Assembly (NCBI GenBank): GCA_905215765.1
Contig: CAJMRP010000001.1
Span: 1-53,188, forward strand
Reading direction: 5' to 3'
Source of the DNA: an uncultured bacterium
Lineage (GTDB): Bacteria > Actinomycetota > Coriobacteriia > Coriobacteriales > Coriobacteriaceae
DNA: 53,188 bases
Under the pieces are notes generated by a model that saw only the letters and a list, made by a program, of their open reading frames with translations, did not search any database and was not told the DNA's origin. Below, in pieces: positions 18,646-28,039 of the stretch (position 1 is the stretch's first letter; every line of letters begins with the position of its first letter). The position numbers were made by a program, and so were the translations under genes.

Positions 18646-19942
18646 CCTCGCCAGCCGCCTCGCCGCATCTGAGTCCGCATCGTCCACCATCCTCGCCAAG
18701 GATCGAACGCTTTCCTGCGACACCCGCCAAACGGGACTCAACAACAACGCACTTGTGATCGGCCCCTCGGGAGCCGGCAAGACCCGAAACGTCCTCAAGC
18801 CCAACCTGCTGCAAATGAACGCAAGCTACATCGTGCTCGACACCAAAGGCACGCTCTGTCGCGAAGTGGGACCCGTGCTGGCAGCCCACGGCTACCGCGT
18901 GCAATGTCTCAACTTCGCCGACCTCAACACCGTCCCGGCCCTTGCGCCCGGCATCGAGCGCTGCGGCTACAACCCCCTGAGGCACATTCGCCGCAAGGCG
19001 GACGGCAGGCCCAACCAGCAGGACATCCTCTCGGTGGCAAAGGCCATCTGCCCCATCGAGGACAACAACCAGCCTTTTTGGGATCATGCGGCGGCAAACC
19101 TGCTGTCGTGTCTTATCGCCTACGTCACCGAACAGCCACCCGCCGACGAGCAGACGATCAGCTCGGTCATCAAGCTGATCGAGCACCTGCAGGACGGTGC
19201 CACGGGTCGATTGTTTGACGACCTGATCACGACCGACCCCCAAAGCTATGCCCTCTCGCTATGGCGGCGCTACGCCATTACGCAAAATGCCGAGCGCATG
19301 CACGCGAGCATCGTCGGCATCCTTGCCGAAAAGGTCATGTGTCTGGGATTCGACGGTGCGGCACAGCTCTATCGTGAGTGTCATCAGGTGGACTTCGCTT
19401 CCATGGGACACACCCCCTGCGCCCTGTTTGTAACCGTGAGCGATATTGACCGCAATCTCGATCCGCTGACCGGCCTCTTTATTTCGCAGGCGTTTATGGG
19501 CCTCATTCGTGAGGCCGATAGGCAGCCCGACGGCAGCCTGCCCGTGCCCGTGCGCTTTATGCTCGATGACTTCGCAAATCTGCAGATCCCCCAGATCGAC
19601 AACGTGCTCTCGATTATCCGAAGCCGCAACATCTGGGCAACGCTGCTGCTGCAGTCGACCAACCAGCTCGATGCGCTCTATGGCGAGGCACGCGCACGCT
19701 CCATCATGGGCAACTGCGACACGCATCTGGTGCTGGCGTTCCAGGATCCCGAGAGTGTCCGGGTGTTTTCCGACCGCGCCGACGCGCTGCCCAGCACGCT
19801 CATGGCGACGCCGATCGATCGCTCGTGGCTCTTTGTGCGCGGTCGCACTCCCGAACAGGTCGAGCGCTTTAGGCTCGAAGACCATCCGCTCTACGGGGAG
19901 TTGCCCGAGGCGCAGCGAGACCATGCGGAGGCCGAGATCTAG
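18638..19942 (+). CDS. VirD4/TraG-like coupling-protein-family ATPase without N-terminal TM anchor
   Basis: NNALVIGPSGAGKT (Walker A), VLDTKG, YNPL, PFWD, FMLDDFAN, RSRNI, QSTNQL and IMGNCD motifs; AAGGAGG RBS; 8-nt overlap with the ClpP gene. Confidence 0.85.
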   Translation: MSNLASRLAASESASSTILAKDRTLSCDTRQTGLNNNALVIGPSGAGKTRNVLKPNLLQMNASYIVLDTKGTLCREVGPVLAAHGYRVQCLNFADLNTVPALAPGIERCGYNPLRHIRRKADGRPNQQDILSVAKAICPIEDNNQPFWDHAAANLLSCLIAYVTEQPPADEQTISSVIKLIEHLQDGATGRLFDDLITTDPQSYALSLWRRYAITQNAERMHASIVGILAEKVMCLGFDGAAQLYRECHQVDFASMGHTPCALFVTVSDIDRNLDPLTGLFISQAFMGLIREADRQPDGSLPVPVRFMLDDFANLQIPQIDNVLSIIRSRNIWATLLLQSTNQLDALYGEARARSIMGNCDTHLVLAFQDPESVRVFSDRADALPSTLMATPIDRSWLFVRGRTPEQVERFRLEDHPLYGELPEAQRDHAEAEI

Positions 19943-20017
19943 GCGCAGGGTTCTCGCGGCGCGCGGCGCCCCAGCGATGTTCCACAAAGGCCGTGCGCCC
20001 CGGGACTACGGCAAAGC

Positions 20018-20051
20018 AAAGGGGCCCGCATCCGATAGGATACGGGCCCCT
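20018..20051 (-). terminator. Terminator between pgi and the VirD4-like gene
   Basis: GGGGCCCGCATCC-GATA-GGATACGGGCCCC with short A-tract. Confidence 0.65.
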
Positions 20052-20083
20052 GACTATAAGGCGCGATGCGTTAACAGCAGCGA

Positions 20084-21778
20084 CTACTTGCGATGCGCGC
20101 GGTAGAACTCGATGAGCGCCTGGGTCGAAGCGTCCTGCTCGGCCTTGGCGGCGTCATCGTGGAAGGCCGGGGTAATCTGCTTGGCAAGCTGCTTGCCCAG
20201 CTCGACGCCCCACTGGTCGTAGGAGTCGATGCCCCAGACCGTGCCCTCGACAAACGTGATGTGCTCGTACAGGGCGATGAGCTCGCCGAGTGCGAACGGG
20301 GTCAGCGTGTCGCCGAAGATCGAGGTCGTCGGGCGATTGCCCTCAAAGCAACGGGCCGGGACGATCTGCTCGGGCGTGCCCTCGGCACGAACCTCATCGG
20401 CCGTCTTACCAAAGGCGAGCGCCTTGGTCTGGGCCAGGAAGTTGCCCAGGAACAGCTCGTGGACATCCTGGCCGCCGTCGGTCGCAGGGTTGGCGGTATT
20501 GGCGAAGGCGATGAAGTCGGCCGGAACCACCACAGTGCCCTGGTGCAGCAGCTGATAGAAGGCATGCTGGCCGTTGGTGCCGGGCTCGCCCCAGAAGATC
20601 TCACCGGTGTCGGAGGTCACGGCGCTGCCGTCCCAGCGGACATGCTTGCCGTTGGACTCCATGGTGAGCTGCTGCAGGTAGGCCGGGAAGCGGTGCAGGT
20701 ACTGGCAGTACGGCAGCACGGCGTGGCTCTTGGAACCGAAGAAGTTGACGTACCAGACATTGAGCAGGCCCATCAGCGCGACGGCGTTGTTCTCGAGCGG
20801 GGTGTTGCAGAAGTACTCGTCGATGGCGTGGAAGCCCTCGAGGAACTGCTGGAAGCGCTCGGGGCCGAGCACGACGATCAGCGACAGGCCCACGGCGGAG
20901 TCGACGGAGTAGCGGCCACCAACCCAGTTCCAGAAACCGAAGGCGTTGGCAGGGTCGATGCCGAAGGCCTCGACCTTCTCGAGTGCGGTGGAGACGGCGA
21001 CGAAGTGCTTTGCCACGGCCTCGGCGTTCTGCTCATCGGAGCCGTCGATGGCGCCCTGAGCCTTGAGCTGCTCGAGCATCCAGGTCTTGACCTCGCGAGC
21101 GTTGGTGAGGGTCTCGAGCGTGGTGAAGGTCTTGGAGACGATGATCACGAGCGTAGTCTCGGGATCCAGGCCCTTGAGCTTCTCGGCCTGGTCGTTGGGG
21201 TCGATGTTGGAGATGTAGCGGCAGTCGATACCGGCGTCGGCATAGGGACGCAGGGCCTCGTAGGCCATGACCGGGCCCAGATCGGAGCCACCGATGCCGA
21301 TGGACACCAGGTGCTCGATCTTCTTGCCGGTAACGCCCTTCCACTCACCGGAGCGCACGCGCTCGGCGAAGGCATACATGCGATCGAGGACCTCGTGCAC
21401 GTCGGCGACGACGTCCTGGCCGTCGACGATGAGCTGGCCCTTCTCGGTTACCGGGCGGCGAAGCGCGGTGTGCAGGACGGCGCGGTCCTCGGTGGTGTTA
21501 ATGTGCTCGCCGGAGAACATGGCGTCGCGGCGCTCCTCGAGCTTCACCTCGCGGGCAAGATCGCACAGCAGCTTGACGGTCTCATCGGTCACCAGGTTCT
21601 TCGAAAGATCGAAGTGCAGGTCACCGGCGTCAAAGCTCAGCTTGTTCACGCGGTCGGCGTCAGCAGCGAACCAGGCCTTGAGGTCGATACCTTCGGCCTC
21701 GAGCTTCTCCTGATGAGCCTCGAGCGCCTTCCAAGCGGCAGTCGACGTAGCATCGATAGGTGCGGCAACAGTTGCCAT
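20084..21778 (-). CDS. pgi: Glucose-6-phosphate isomerase
   Basis: [31 protein letters not shown] and DQWGVELGK motifs. Confidence 0.97.
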   Translation of the reverse strand: MATVAAPIDATSTAAWKALEAHQEKLEAEGIDLKAWFAADADRVNKLSFDAGDLHFDLSKNLVTDETVKLLCDLAREVKLEERRDAMFSGEHINTTEDRAVLHTALRRPVTEKGQLIVDGQDVVADVHEVLDRMYAFAERVRSGEWKGVTGKKIEHLVSIGIGGSDLGPVMAYEALRPYADAGIDCRYISNIDPNDQAEKLKGLDPETTLVIIVSKTFTTLETLTNAREVKTWMLEQLKAQGAIDGSDEQNAEAVAKHFVAVSTALEKVEAFGIDPANAFGFWNWVGGRYSVDSAVGLSLIVVLGPERFQQFLEGFHAIDEYFCNTPLENNAVALMGLLNVWYVNFFGSKSHAVLPYCQYLHRFPAYLQQLTMESNGKHVRWDGSAVTSDTGEIFWGEPGTNGQHAFYQLLHQGTVVVPADFIAFANTANPATDGGQDVHELFLGNFLAQTKALAFGKTADEVRAEGTPEQIVPARCFEGNRPTTSIFGDTLTPFALGELIALYEHITFVEGTVWGIDSYDQWGVELGKQLAKQITPAFHDDAAKAEQDASTQALIEFYRAHRK

Positions 21779-21903
21779 AGAGTCCTCCTCAGCATACGGG
21801 CGCACGCCTCCATGCGCCCGGACATTCAGATGCCACTATTCTAGCGCAGGTCAAGACTACAATCAGCGAGCGTTGCCAATCGGCCCCCAAACGGCAACCG
21901 ATT

Positions 21904-21967
21904 AAAAAGGGACAGGCTTATTTTGGCAGGTCAAACGCTTTACCAACCAAAAATAACCCGTCCTTTT
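21904..21967. repeat. REP-like hairpin (AAAAAGGGACAGGCTTATTTTGG family)
   Basis: Imperfect inverted repeat 21904-21931 / 21942-21967; a further inverted copy lies at 22630-22657. Confidence 0.55.
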
Positions 21968-21977
21968 ATGGCAAATA

Positions 21978-22502
21978 TTAGGCCGCAGCGCAGACGCTAC
22001 CGAGCAACTCACGCAGAGGAGACCCGATGCCCTCCAGCAGTTCGGGCGCGATAATGGCAAAAACGGGAACCTCACCGGTGCCCACGACAGCAGGCGCCTT
22101 GCCCTCCGAGAGAATGCATCCATAAGGGACAAAACCGTCTTCGCCGGCATCGAGCGCCGCCATGCGACGCGCGAGCTCGCGCGCAAAGCCGGCAGTATCG
22201 GCATCGCCAATCGCCAGGACAAAGTCCACGCCTTCGTCGGTCGCCAGGGCCACGGCTTCGTCGATCAGTTCGTCTCCCCCGTCGCCCCCAACCGAGCCGC
22301 AGCGGAAAAGTACGCGCTCGAGCAGGGCTCGATCAAGCGAGCCAAGTGCCGCCGAGACAAGCTCATCGCGCGTATGCTTGTCACCGCCCAACACGACCAG
22401 CGCCTTGGTGCCACCGTAGTGAGCGACCAATCGTCCGCACCAGCGAGCCACGTCTCCATCCACAACAAGGCGCGTCGGCATACCAAACCCGTAATTGACC
22501 AT
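21978..22502 (-). CDS. Truncated or degenerate iron-containing alcohol dehydrogenase-like protein (N-terminal part only)
   Basis: NYGFGMPTRLV...KALVV...VDFVLAIG resembles the Fe-ADH N-terminus, but GGGS is replaced by GDAD and there is no metal-binding C-domain. Confidence 0.5.
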   Translation of the reverse strand: MVNYGFGMPTRLVVDGDVARWCGRLVAHYGGTKALVVLGGDKHTRDELVSAALGSLDRALLERVLFRCGSVGGDGGDELIDEAVALATDEGVDFVLAIGDADTAGFARELARRMAALDAGEDGFVPYGCILSEGKAPAVVGTGEVPVFAIIAPELLEGIGSPLRELLGSVCAAA

Positions 22503-22665
22503 CTTTCCCACAACCCTTCCGTGCACATAGGCGGTATCAATCGTTAGGCTCATGCTACGAAGCGAGCTTTTCCGAGCTGTTTCGCACTCTTTAGAGCTGC
22601 GTTAAAACCCAATCCAACCGCACGACCATACCTATCAAAACAAACCAGTCCCTTTTTGACAGGTT

Positions 22666-22724
22666 TTGACGATGTCCGGACGAGCGGGTATTATCGAACA
22701 GATATTCGATAAGAACATGTGTTT
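22666..22724 (+). promoter_or_regulatory. Sigma70-type promoter followed by two LexA (SOS) boxes
   Basis: TTGACG-N17-TATTAT (22666-22694); CGAAC-AGAT-ATTCG (22695-22708); GAAC-ATGT-GTTT (22713-22724). Confidence 0.75.
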
Positions 22725-22737
22725 GATGGGAGGACGC

Positions 22738-24243
22738 GTGGGGCACGAGCGTCACACCTATATCTGCATCGACCTCAAGACGTTTTACGCTAGCGTCGAG
22801 TGCGTCGACCGCGGACTCAACCCGCTCACCACCAACCTGGTCGTTGCCGACGAATCGCGCGGGCGCACGACCATCTGCCTCGCCATCACACAGGCCATGA
22901 AGGACCTCGGGATACACAACCGCTGCCGTCTGTTCGAGATTCCCGACGGCATCGACTACATCAAGGCCGTACCACGCATGCAGCACTATATGGAGGTGTC
23001 GGCGAAAATCTACGGCATCTATCTGGAATACGTCAGCCCCCAGGACGTTCACGTCTACTCAATTGACGAGTGCTTTATCGACGTGACACCCTATCTGGAC
23101 CTCTATCACACAGATGCGGAAGGGCTCGCCTGCACGCTGCGCGACGAGGTCTTGGCGCGCACCGGCATCACGGCGACGGTCGGCATCGGCCCCAACCTAT
23201 TCCAGGCCAAGGTGGCGCTCGACGTCACCGCCAAGCACGTACCCAGTCGCATCGGCAAACTCGACGACGAGACCTTTCGCAAGGAGATCTGGCCCCATCG
23301 CCCCATCACCGACATCTGGGGCATCGGCCCCGGTGTGGCAGCCCGACTCGAAAAGTATGGCGTCTACGACCTGATGGGCGTCGCCGCGCTCGACGAAAAC
23401 CTGCTCTACGACGAGCTCGGCGTCAATGCCGAATATCTCATCGACCACGCCTTTGGGCGCGAGCCGACAACCATCGCCGATATCCAAGCCTATCGCCCGC
23501 AAGCGACCTCGACCACCACAGGACAGGTGCTCTCGAAGGGCTATGCCTACGAGCAAGCCTACACCGTCTTGCGCGAGATGGTCGACAGTGCCGTGTTGGA
23601 CTTGGTCGATAAGCACGTGGTCTGCGACAGCATCTCGCTCTTTGTGGGCTACGCGAGCGAGCGCGCTGACATACGCCGCCTCGACGCCAGCGGTACAGCG
23701 CAATATGTGGACGGATGCGGCCACCTGCGCTCGAGCACATCGAGTATCGAACCCACCGCAACCGCCGGCCCCGAGCTCGCGCCCCGTGCTCCCAAGCCCG
23801 TCCAGTGCGATGACGAAAGGCGCCGCCTGGTACGCGAAGCGCAGGCAATCGATGGCATCTTTGTGGGAGAGCATGGCGGCAAACCGCGTGGCGGCTATGC
23901 CTCACTCTTTGCGCACTCCAACGCCTCGCGCAAGCTGCCCGAGCGCACCAATTCGTTTAAGAAGATCATGGGGTATTTCGATGACCTTTGGGCACAAACG
24001 GTCGACCCCAAGCGACCGGTCAAGCGTATCAATCTGGGATTTGGCAACCTCATGCCCGAGGAATTTGCCACCATCGATCTGTTCAGCGATATCGAGGCCG
24101 ATGAGCGCGAGCGCGACCTGGCGCGCGCCGTCCTGGCCGTGAAAGGCAAGTACGGCAAAAACGCGCTCGTCAAGGGATTAAGCTTTACCGCCGGTGCCAC
24201 CGCACGCGAACGCAACGATCAGGTAGGAGGACACCGTGCCTAA
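22738..24243 (+). CDS. Y-family translesion DNA polymerase (UmuC/ImpB/MucB-like)
   Basis: IDLKTFYASVEC, YSIDECFID and DIWGIG motifs, C-terminal KYGKNAL...RNDQVGGHRA; GTG after GGGAGG. Confidence 0.9.
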   Translation: MGHERHTYICIDLKTFYASVECVDRGLNPLTTNLVVADESRGRTTICLAITQAMKDLGIHNRCRLFEIPDGIDYIKAVPRMQHYMEVSAKIYGIYLEYVSPQDVHVYSIDECFIDVTPYLDLYHTDAEGLACTLRDEVLARTGITATVGIGPNLFQAKVALDVTAKHVPSRIGKLDDETFRKEIWPHRPITDIWGIGPGVAARLEKYGVYDLMGVAALDENLLYDELGVNAEYLIDHAFGREPTTIADIQAYRPQATSTTTGQVLSKGYAYEQAYTVLREMVDSAVLDLVDKHVVCDSISLFVGYASERADIRRLDASGTAQYVDGCGHLRSSTSSIEPTATAGPELAPRAPKPVQCDDERRRLVREAQAIDGIFVGEHGGKPRGGYASLFAHSNASRKLPERTNSFKKIMGYFDDLWAQTVDPKRPVKRINLGFGNLMPEEFATIDLFSDIEADERERDLARAVLAVKGKYGKNALVKGLSFTAGATARERNDQVGGHRA

Positions 24244-24661
24244 CCCCAAACACCAGCCCATGCGCCCGCCGACCGCCTTCGAGCGCCTGGCGGACCCCGA
24301 GGGCAGACGCCGCGCAGCCGACCCCAACCTCACTGCCAACGGTGCCGTGCGCGCCAACCGCGCCGCACAGTTTATGCCCTTTGCCGCCCTCACGGGATAC
24401 TACGAACTCGTGCGCAAGCAGGAAATCACCATCGAGCAAAAACGTGAGCTCACGGAAGAAAAAGCCCTCGAGCTTTCGCAAAAGCTCGAGGGCCTCAAAC
24501 GCGGCGACTTGGTGCGCGTCACCTATTACGATACGTACGGCTATCGTAGCCGCACGGGCATTCTCGACGAAGCGTTACCCGCATTCAAGCTGCTCAAACT
24601 CAGGGATATCGCCATCAACTTCGACGATATCCAGGACATTGAGCTACGCGGACGAGCCTAG
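24236..24661 (+). CDS. YolD-like protein
   Basis: RAAQFMPFAALTGY motif; overlaps the Y-family polymerase stop. Confidence 0.75.
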   Translation: MPNPKHQPMRPPTAFERLADPEGRRRAADPNLTANGAVRANRAAQFMPFAALTGYYELVRKQEITIEQKRELTEEKALELSQKLEGLKRGDLVRVTYYDTYGYRSRTGILDEALPAFKLLKLRDIAINFDDIQDIELRGRA

Positions 24662-27210
24662 CGACGAGAACGCTTGCGCAAGACGAGAGCAATGCCAAGC
24701 ACTGCGGCAGCTGCAACCAGCAATCCCAAGACCAGCGTGAGGGTCGAGTCGCCAGCGCGAGGCAGCGAGCCGTCCTTCGGAGTCTTCTTAGCGGTCGTCG
24801 TGACGGTGGTCGTGGTGCTGCTCGACTGGTCGTTGCCACCCGTCTGGCTGCCGCCAGGCTGATCGCCGCCACCCGGCTGCGAAGGATCGGTGGGTTCCGT
24901 CGGATCCGGAGTACCGGGATCAACCGGATTCTCCGAATTCTCCTTGCGCTGGATCCAGACCTGGCAACCATAGAACGGGTTGGCGGTACCAAGGCACAGA
25001 CCCTGGTTGGTCACCGCAAAGGTGCGCAGACCATGGTTATACGGATCGTTAAAGCCATTGGTCGTCAGCGTCGTAAAGTTCACGCCGTCCTCGGTCACAT
25101 ACATATCAAAGCCGCGCTCGGCATCGCGCAGGTAACACATGCACGTAAGGACACTCTGCAACTTCTTGAGGTTCTCCTCGCTCAGCAGCTTATCGAGCGC
25201 ATCCTGAATATCGCTCGGCAGCTCGGTGCCATAGGCATCCTCGTACTGCTGCTTAAGGCTCTCATAGCTATCGAGCATGTCCTGATACTGGTCGGCAAAG
25301 GACTTGAAGTACGCGATCTCGCCATCGATCTTCTGGACATAAGCGGCGTCGTCCTCAAAGTCCTGGGACATCGTCGCGGCCTGATCGCAAAGACCGCCCG
25401 CGGCATCCTCCAGCGCATCGCTCAGATCGCCAAAGCCCTTAGCAACCTCGGTCTTCTCGTCATCGACATCGACGGCCTTGTTTGAATCATCAACCTCAGC
25501 AGCTTCGTTCGAATCATCGACCTCGACGGCCTCGTTTGAATCATCGTCCGCAAGCGTGTTCACGGGAACGATGGGGTCGTCAGGCGATTTCTTGTCGAGC
25601 AGGTGATCGAGCAGGTCCCTAAGGCGCTGAACCTGAGAGTCCCACTCCTCGGGCGTCATATCGATAATGTCGCCATTGGAGAACTGGCCGATCGGCTCAA
25701 GCAGGCTCGCGGTATCAAAGGTACCGATATACAGCTTGCCGTCGAACTTCTGCATGCGCCAAATGTACTGGTTCTCGTTTCGGCCAAAGCCCGAAGTCAG
25801 GCCGGAAATACCGCCCTCGGGGAACATGTCGGTGCGATCGCCAACGACGAGCTCCATGTTCTCGTCCTTGTCCATGCGATAGATGTTAACCGACTGCTCA
25901 AGATTGGCATTCACAAACGAGCAGTCAACGCCACCCATGCTGCTCTTGCCGCCCTCTTCGGTGTTGGATTTGTTGAACAGGATGCGCTCGAGGGCAATCT
26001 CCTCGTCGTTGTATTCACCGATATAGAGGTAGTCGTTGTAGACGATGAGGTTGGCAGCGCCAGAACGGGTACGGGCAGGATCGATGCCAAAGCAGTACTT
26101 TGCACCGTCCGTCTTCTGATCGCCGACAATGGGAGTCCACGAATAGCTGCCGTCGGCATTCTTGTCGCCACGGACCATGGCAAACGACTGCATGGAATTA
26201 TCATCGGGAGCGTTCTCGGGCGTACCGGTGCAGATGGTCGCATAGAGATGGCCATTGTACGAGACCATATCCCAAATGGCGCCGCCGTAGATGCTGTCCT
26301 GATAGCGAATCGCCGGATAGCCAAACAGCGTCTCCGAGTTGGCAATCTCGGTGAAGCTGTCCTGGCCCTTCGAGGGGTCAGACGACGTCAGGATTGTCGA
26401 CACAAAATTACCGTTCGCGTCTTTACCCACATTACTGATGACGAGCTGGCCATCATGGACGCACATGCCGCGGATACCGGTAGAAATGCCCTGCTTGTAG
26501 GCAGCACCGTAATCCTGCATGCTCGAAAGGCCCTGATAGACAACTTTGTACTCATCCGTCTTAGGATCGATCTCGTATACAGCAGGCAGGCCGCCTTTGC
26601 CGTCATTGGTCCTGACGCTGCCGCAGAAATAGAGCTTACCCTTATAGCTCACGGCATTGCGGAACAAAGGAGCGACGCCGTTGAGCGATTCAGAGAGTAG
26701 CAGCTTGGTCTCACCGGTCTTGGTATTGATCTTGACCAAGATGCCGCCGCTGTCCTTGTCGGCCGTGCCGTCCTCCTTCTGCTGTCCATAGAAGAAGGTA
26801 CCGTTAAACATGGCCTCCAGCGTCAGGCGCATGGTTTCGACATCAAAGGAATCGCCCAGCGTGCTGTTCATGAGCGTCAGCGTGTTGCCCATCGCCGCAT
26901 AGCAGGTGCCCACATAAAGCCAGTCACCATAGCTCGCAGCCGCCCAAGTGTAGCTCTGGCCGCGATCGCCTTCGTTGTTGGCCGTATTACCATCGGCGCC
27001 CGGAACGGCAACGGCACCGTTACCCTGGTAGTCGACGATGCCATCCGGCTGCGACGTTCCTACCGTAGGATGCGAGAGCTTCTCAAAGGAATACCCATTT
27101 CCCGCATTGTAGGTAACGGCACCCGATGCGTCTTCGGCGTGCGCCGGCAGCGGCGATACCAAGATAGCGGCAAGCGCTGCCACCAAGCCAAGTGTTCCCA
27201 CTCGTCTCAT
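24658..27210 (-). CDS. Large secreted, sortase-anchored surface protein of unknown function
   Basis: Signal peptide ending AHA, Pro/Thr-rich linker, LPRAG motif, hydrophobic segment and RKRSRR tail. Confidence 0.8.
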   Translation of the reverse strand: MRRVGTLGLVAALAAILVSPLPAHAEDASGAVTYNAGNGYSFEKLSHPTVGTSQPDGIVDYQGNGAVAVPGADGNTANNEGDRGQSYTWAAASYGDWLYVGTCYAAMGNTLTLMNSTLGDSFDVETMRLTLEAMFNGTFFYGQQKEDGTADKDSGGILVKINTKTGETKLLLSESLNGVAPLFRNAVSYKGKLYFCGSVRTNDGKGGLPAVYEIDPKTDEYKVVYQGLSSMQDYGAAYKQGISTGIRGMCVHDGQLVISNVGKDANGNFVSTILTSSDPSKGQDSFTEIANSETLFGYPAIRYQDSIYGGAIWDMVSYNGHLYATICTGTPENAPDDNSMQSFAMVRGDKNADGSYSWTPIVGDQKTDGAKYCFGIDPARTRSGAANLIVYNDYLYIGEYNDEEIALERILFNKSNTEEGGKSSMGGVDCSFVNANLEQSVNIYRMDKDENMELVVGDRTDMFPEGGISGLTSGFGRNENQYIWRMQKFDGKLYIGTFDTASLLEPIGQFSNGDIIDMTPEEWDSQVQRLRDLLDHLLDKKSPDDPIVPVNTLADDDSNEAVEVDDSNEAAEVDDSNKAVDVDDEKTEVAKGFGDLSDALEDAAGGLCDQAATMSQDFEDDAAYVQKIDGEIAYFKSFADQYQDMLDSYESLKQQYEDAYGTELPSDIQDALDKLLSEENLKKLQSVLTCMCYLRDAERGFDMYVTEDGVNFTTLTTNGFNDPYNHGLRTFAVTNQGLCLGTANPFYGCQVWIQRKENSENPVDPGTPDPTEPTDPSQPGGGDQPGGSQTGGNDQSSSTTTTVTTTAKKTPKDGSLPRAGDSTLTLVLGLLVAAAAVLGIALVLRKRSRR
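25465..25545 (-). repeat. In-frame 27-bp tandem repeat, 3 copies
   Basis: Encodes DDSNEAVEV / DDSNEAAEV / DDSNKAVDV. Confidence 0.8.
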
Positions 27211-27482
27211 AAGGTTATAGCCTCCCCTGTCCTAAAGCCCAGTTTTAGCATTCTTCATTTCTGTCCACGGTTAATTGCAATCTGAGCACAGCAATAATCA
27301 GTGTATAAATATACACCTGTAATTTTTTGGACGGGTTCATAGATGCTCGATTGGTAGCGAATTCCGCGCAAACCGTCACCAAACTCCACTTTTGCCGCAT
27401 CTAAAGGTTATTTTTGCGCAAATTTTTGGATGCCGATAGTCACAATGGGCAGGAGGCTGGTACCCACCGGAGAGGGCAACGC

Positions 27483-27866
27483 CTACATTTTCATAACGTA
27501 ATAGCCCGCACCCCTCACTGCCGTCTCGAGTGTGTCGCGATCAACCGGGCGCTTCGAGCGCACGCGTGCCGTGTGGTCCGCGTACGTTACCGTAGCCCAC
27601 ACGCCATCAAGCGCATTGAGGGCATTCGTCACATTCCGGGCGCAGCCGTCGCAACTCATGCCGCCGATAAGGAGTTCCTCACGATAGGGGTAGTGGGACT
27701 CGTCGGTGTCTGCCACCACAACCTTCTTGGCTTTCTTGCCGCTCGCGCCATCACTGCAACAGCTCTTTCCATGCGTCGACGCCGCAATGCGACGCAGTCC
27801 AAAAAACATGCCGACGGCAATGACGGTCAGCACGATGATATTTGCAGGATTTAGCAAGTCACTCAT
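27483..27866 (-). CDS. Membrane-anchored heavy-metal-associated (HMA) domain protein
   Basis: N-terminal TM, KSCCSDG, then GMSCDGC HMA motif. Confidence 0.8.
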   Translation of the reverse strand: MSDLLNPANIIVLTVIAVGMFFGLRRIAASTHGKSCCSDGASGKKAKKVVVADTDESHYPYREELLIGGMSCDGCARNVTNALNALDGVWATVTYADHTARVRSKRPVDRDTLETAVRGAGYYVMKM

Positions 27867-27893
27867 GCGTTCCCCTTTCAGTAGCACTATCTA

Positions 27894-27912
27894 GATACCC
27901 CCATGGGGTGTC
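27894..27912. promoter_or_regulatory. CsoR-like operator
   Basis: GATACCCCCATGGGGTGTC, a C-tract/G-tract pseudo-palindrome upstream of the HMA gene. Confidence 0.55.
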
Positions 27913-28000
27913 ACCATCTTAACCCAAAATCATGTCCGTTCGGTCAATTAGTTTCCCTCTTCAAACTTTTTTGTTGACCATTGCTTACTTTCGTGTATAA

Positions 28001-28016
28001 GTTTTCCTAGGCTAAC
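28001..28016. promoter_or_regulatory. DtxR/IdeR-like operator after a TTGACC...TATAAG promoter
   Basis: GTTTTCCTAGGCTAAC (near-palindrome of GTTAGCCTAGGCTAAC) upstream of DUF3793-flavodoxin. Confidence 0.5.
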
Positions 28017-28039
28017 AGTCTAGATCCGTAAGGGGCGCC

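Noticed and set aside
19335..19360. LGF tripeptide in the ATPase as a ClpP-docking IGF-type loop
   Set aside because: A three-residue match is expected by chance and cannot be supported without structure or conservation data.
18638..19942. Calling the VirD4-like gene part of an ICE or conjugative element
   Set aside because: No relaxase, VirB4, integrase or att-like repeats in the window, and the flanks are housekeeping genes.
20093..21844. Long antisense ORFs (583 aa here; also 3886-5223, 12098-13588, 25603-26700 and others)
   Set aside because: Shadow frames of well-supported genes in high-GC DNA, with no recognisable motifs.
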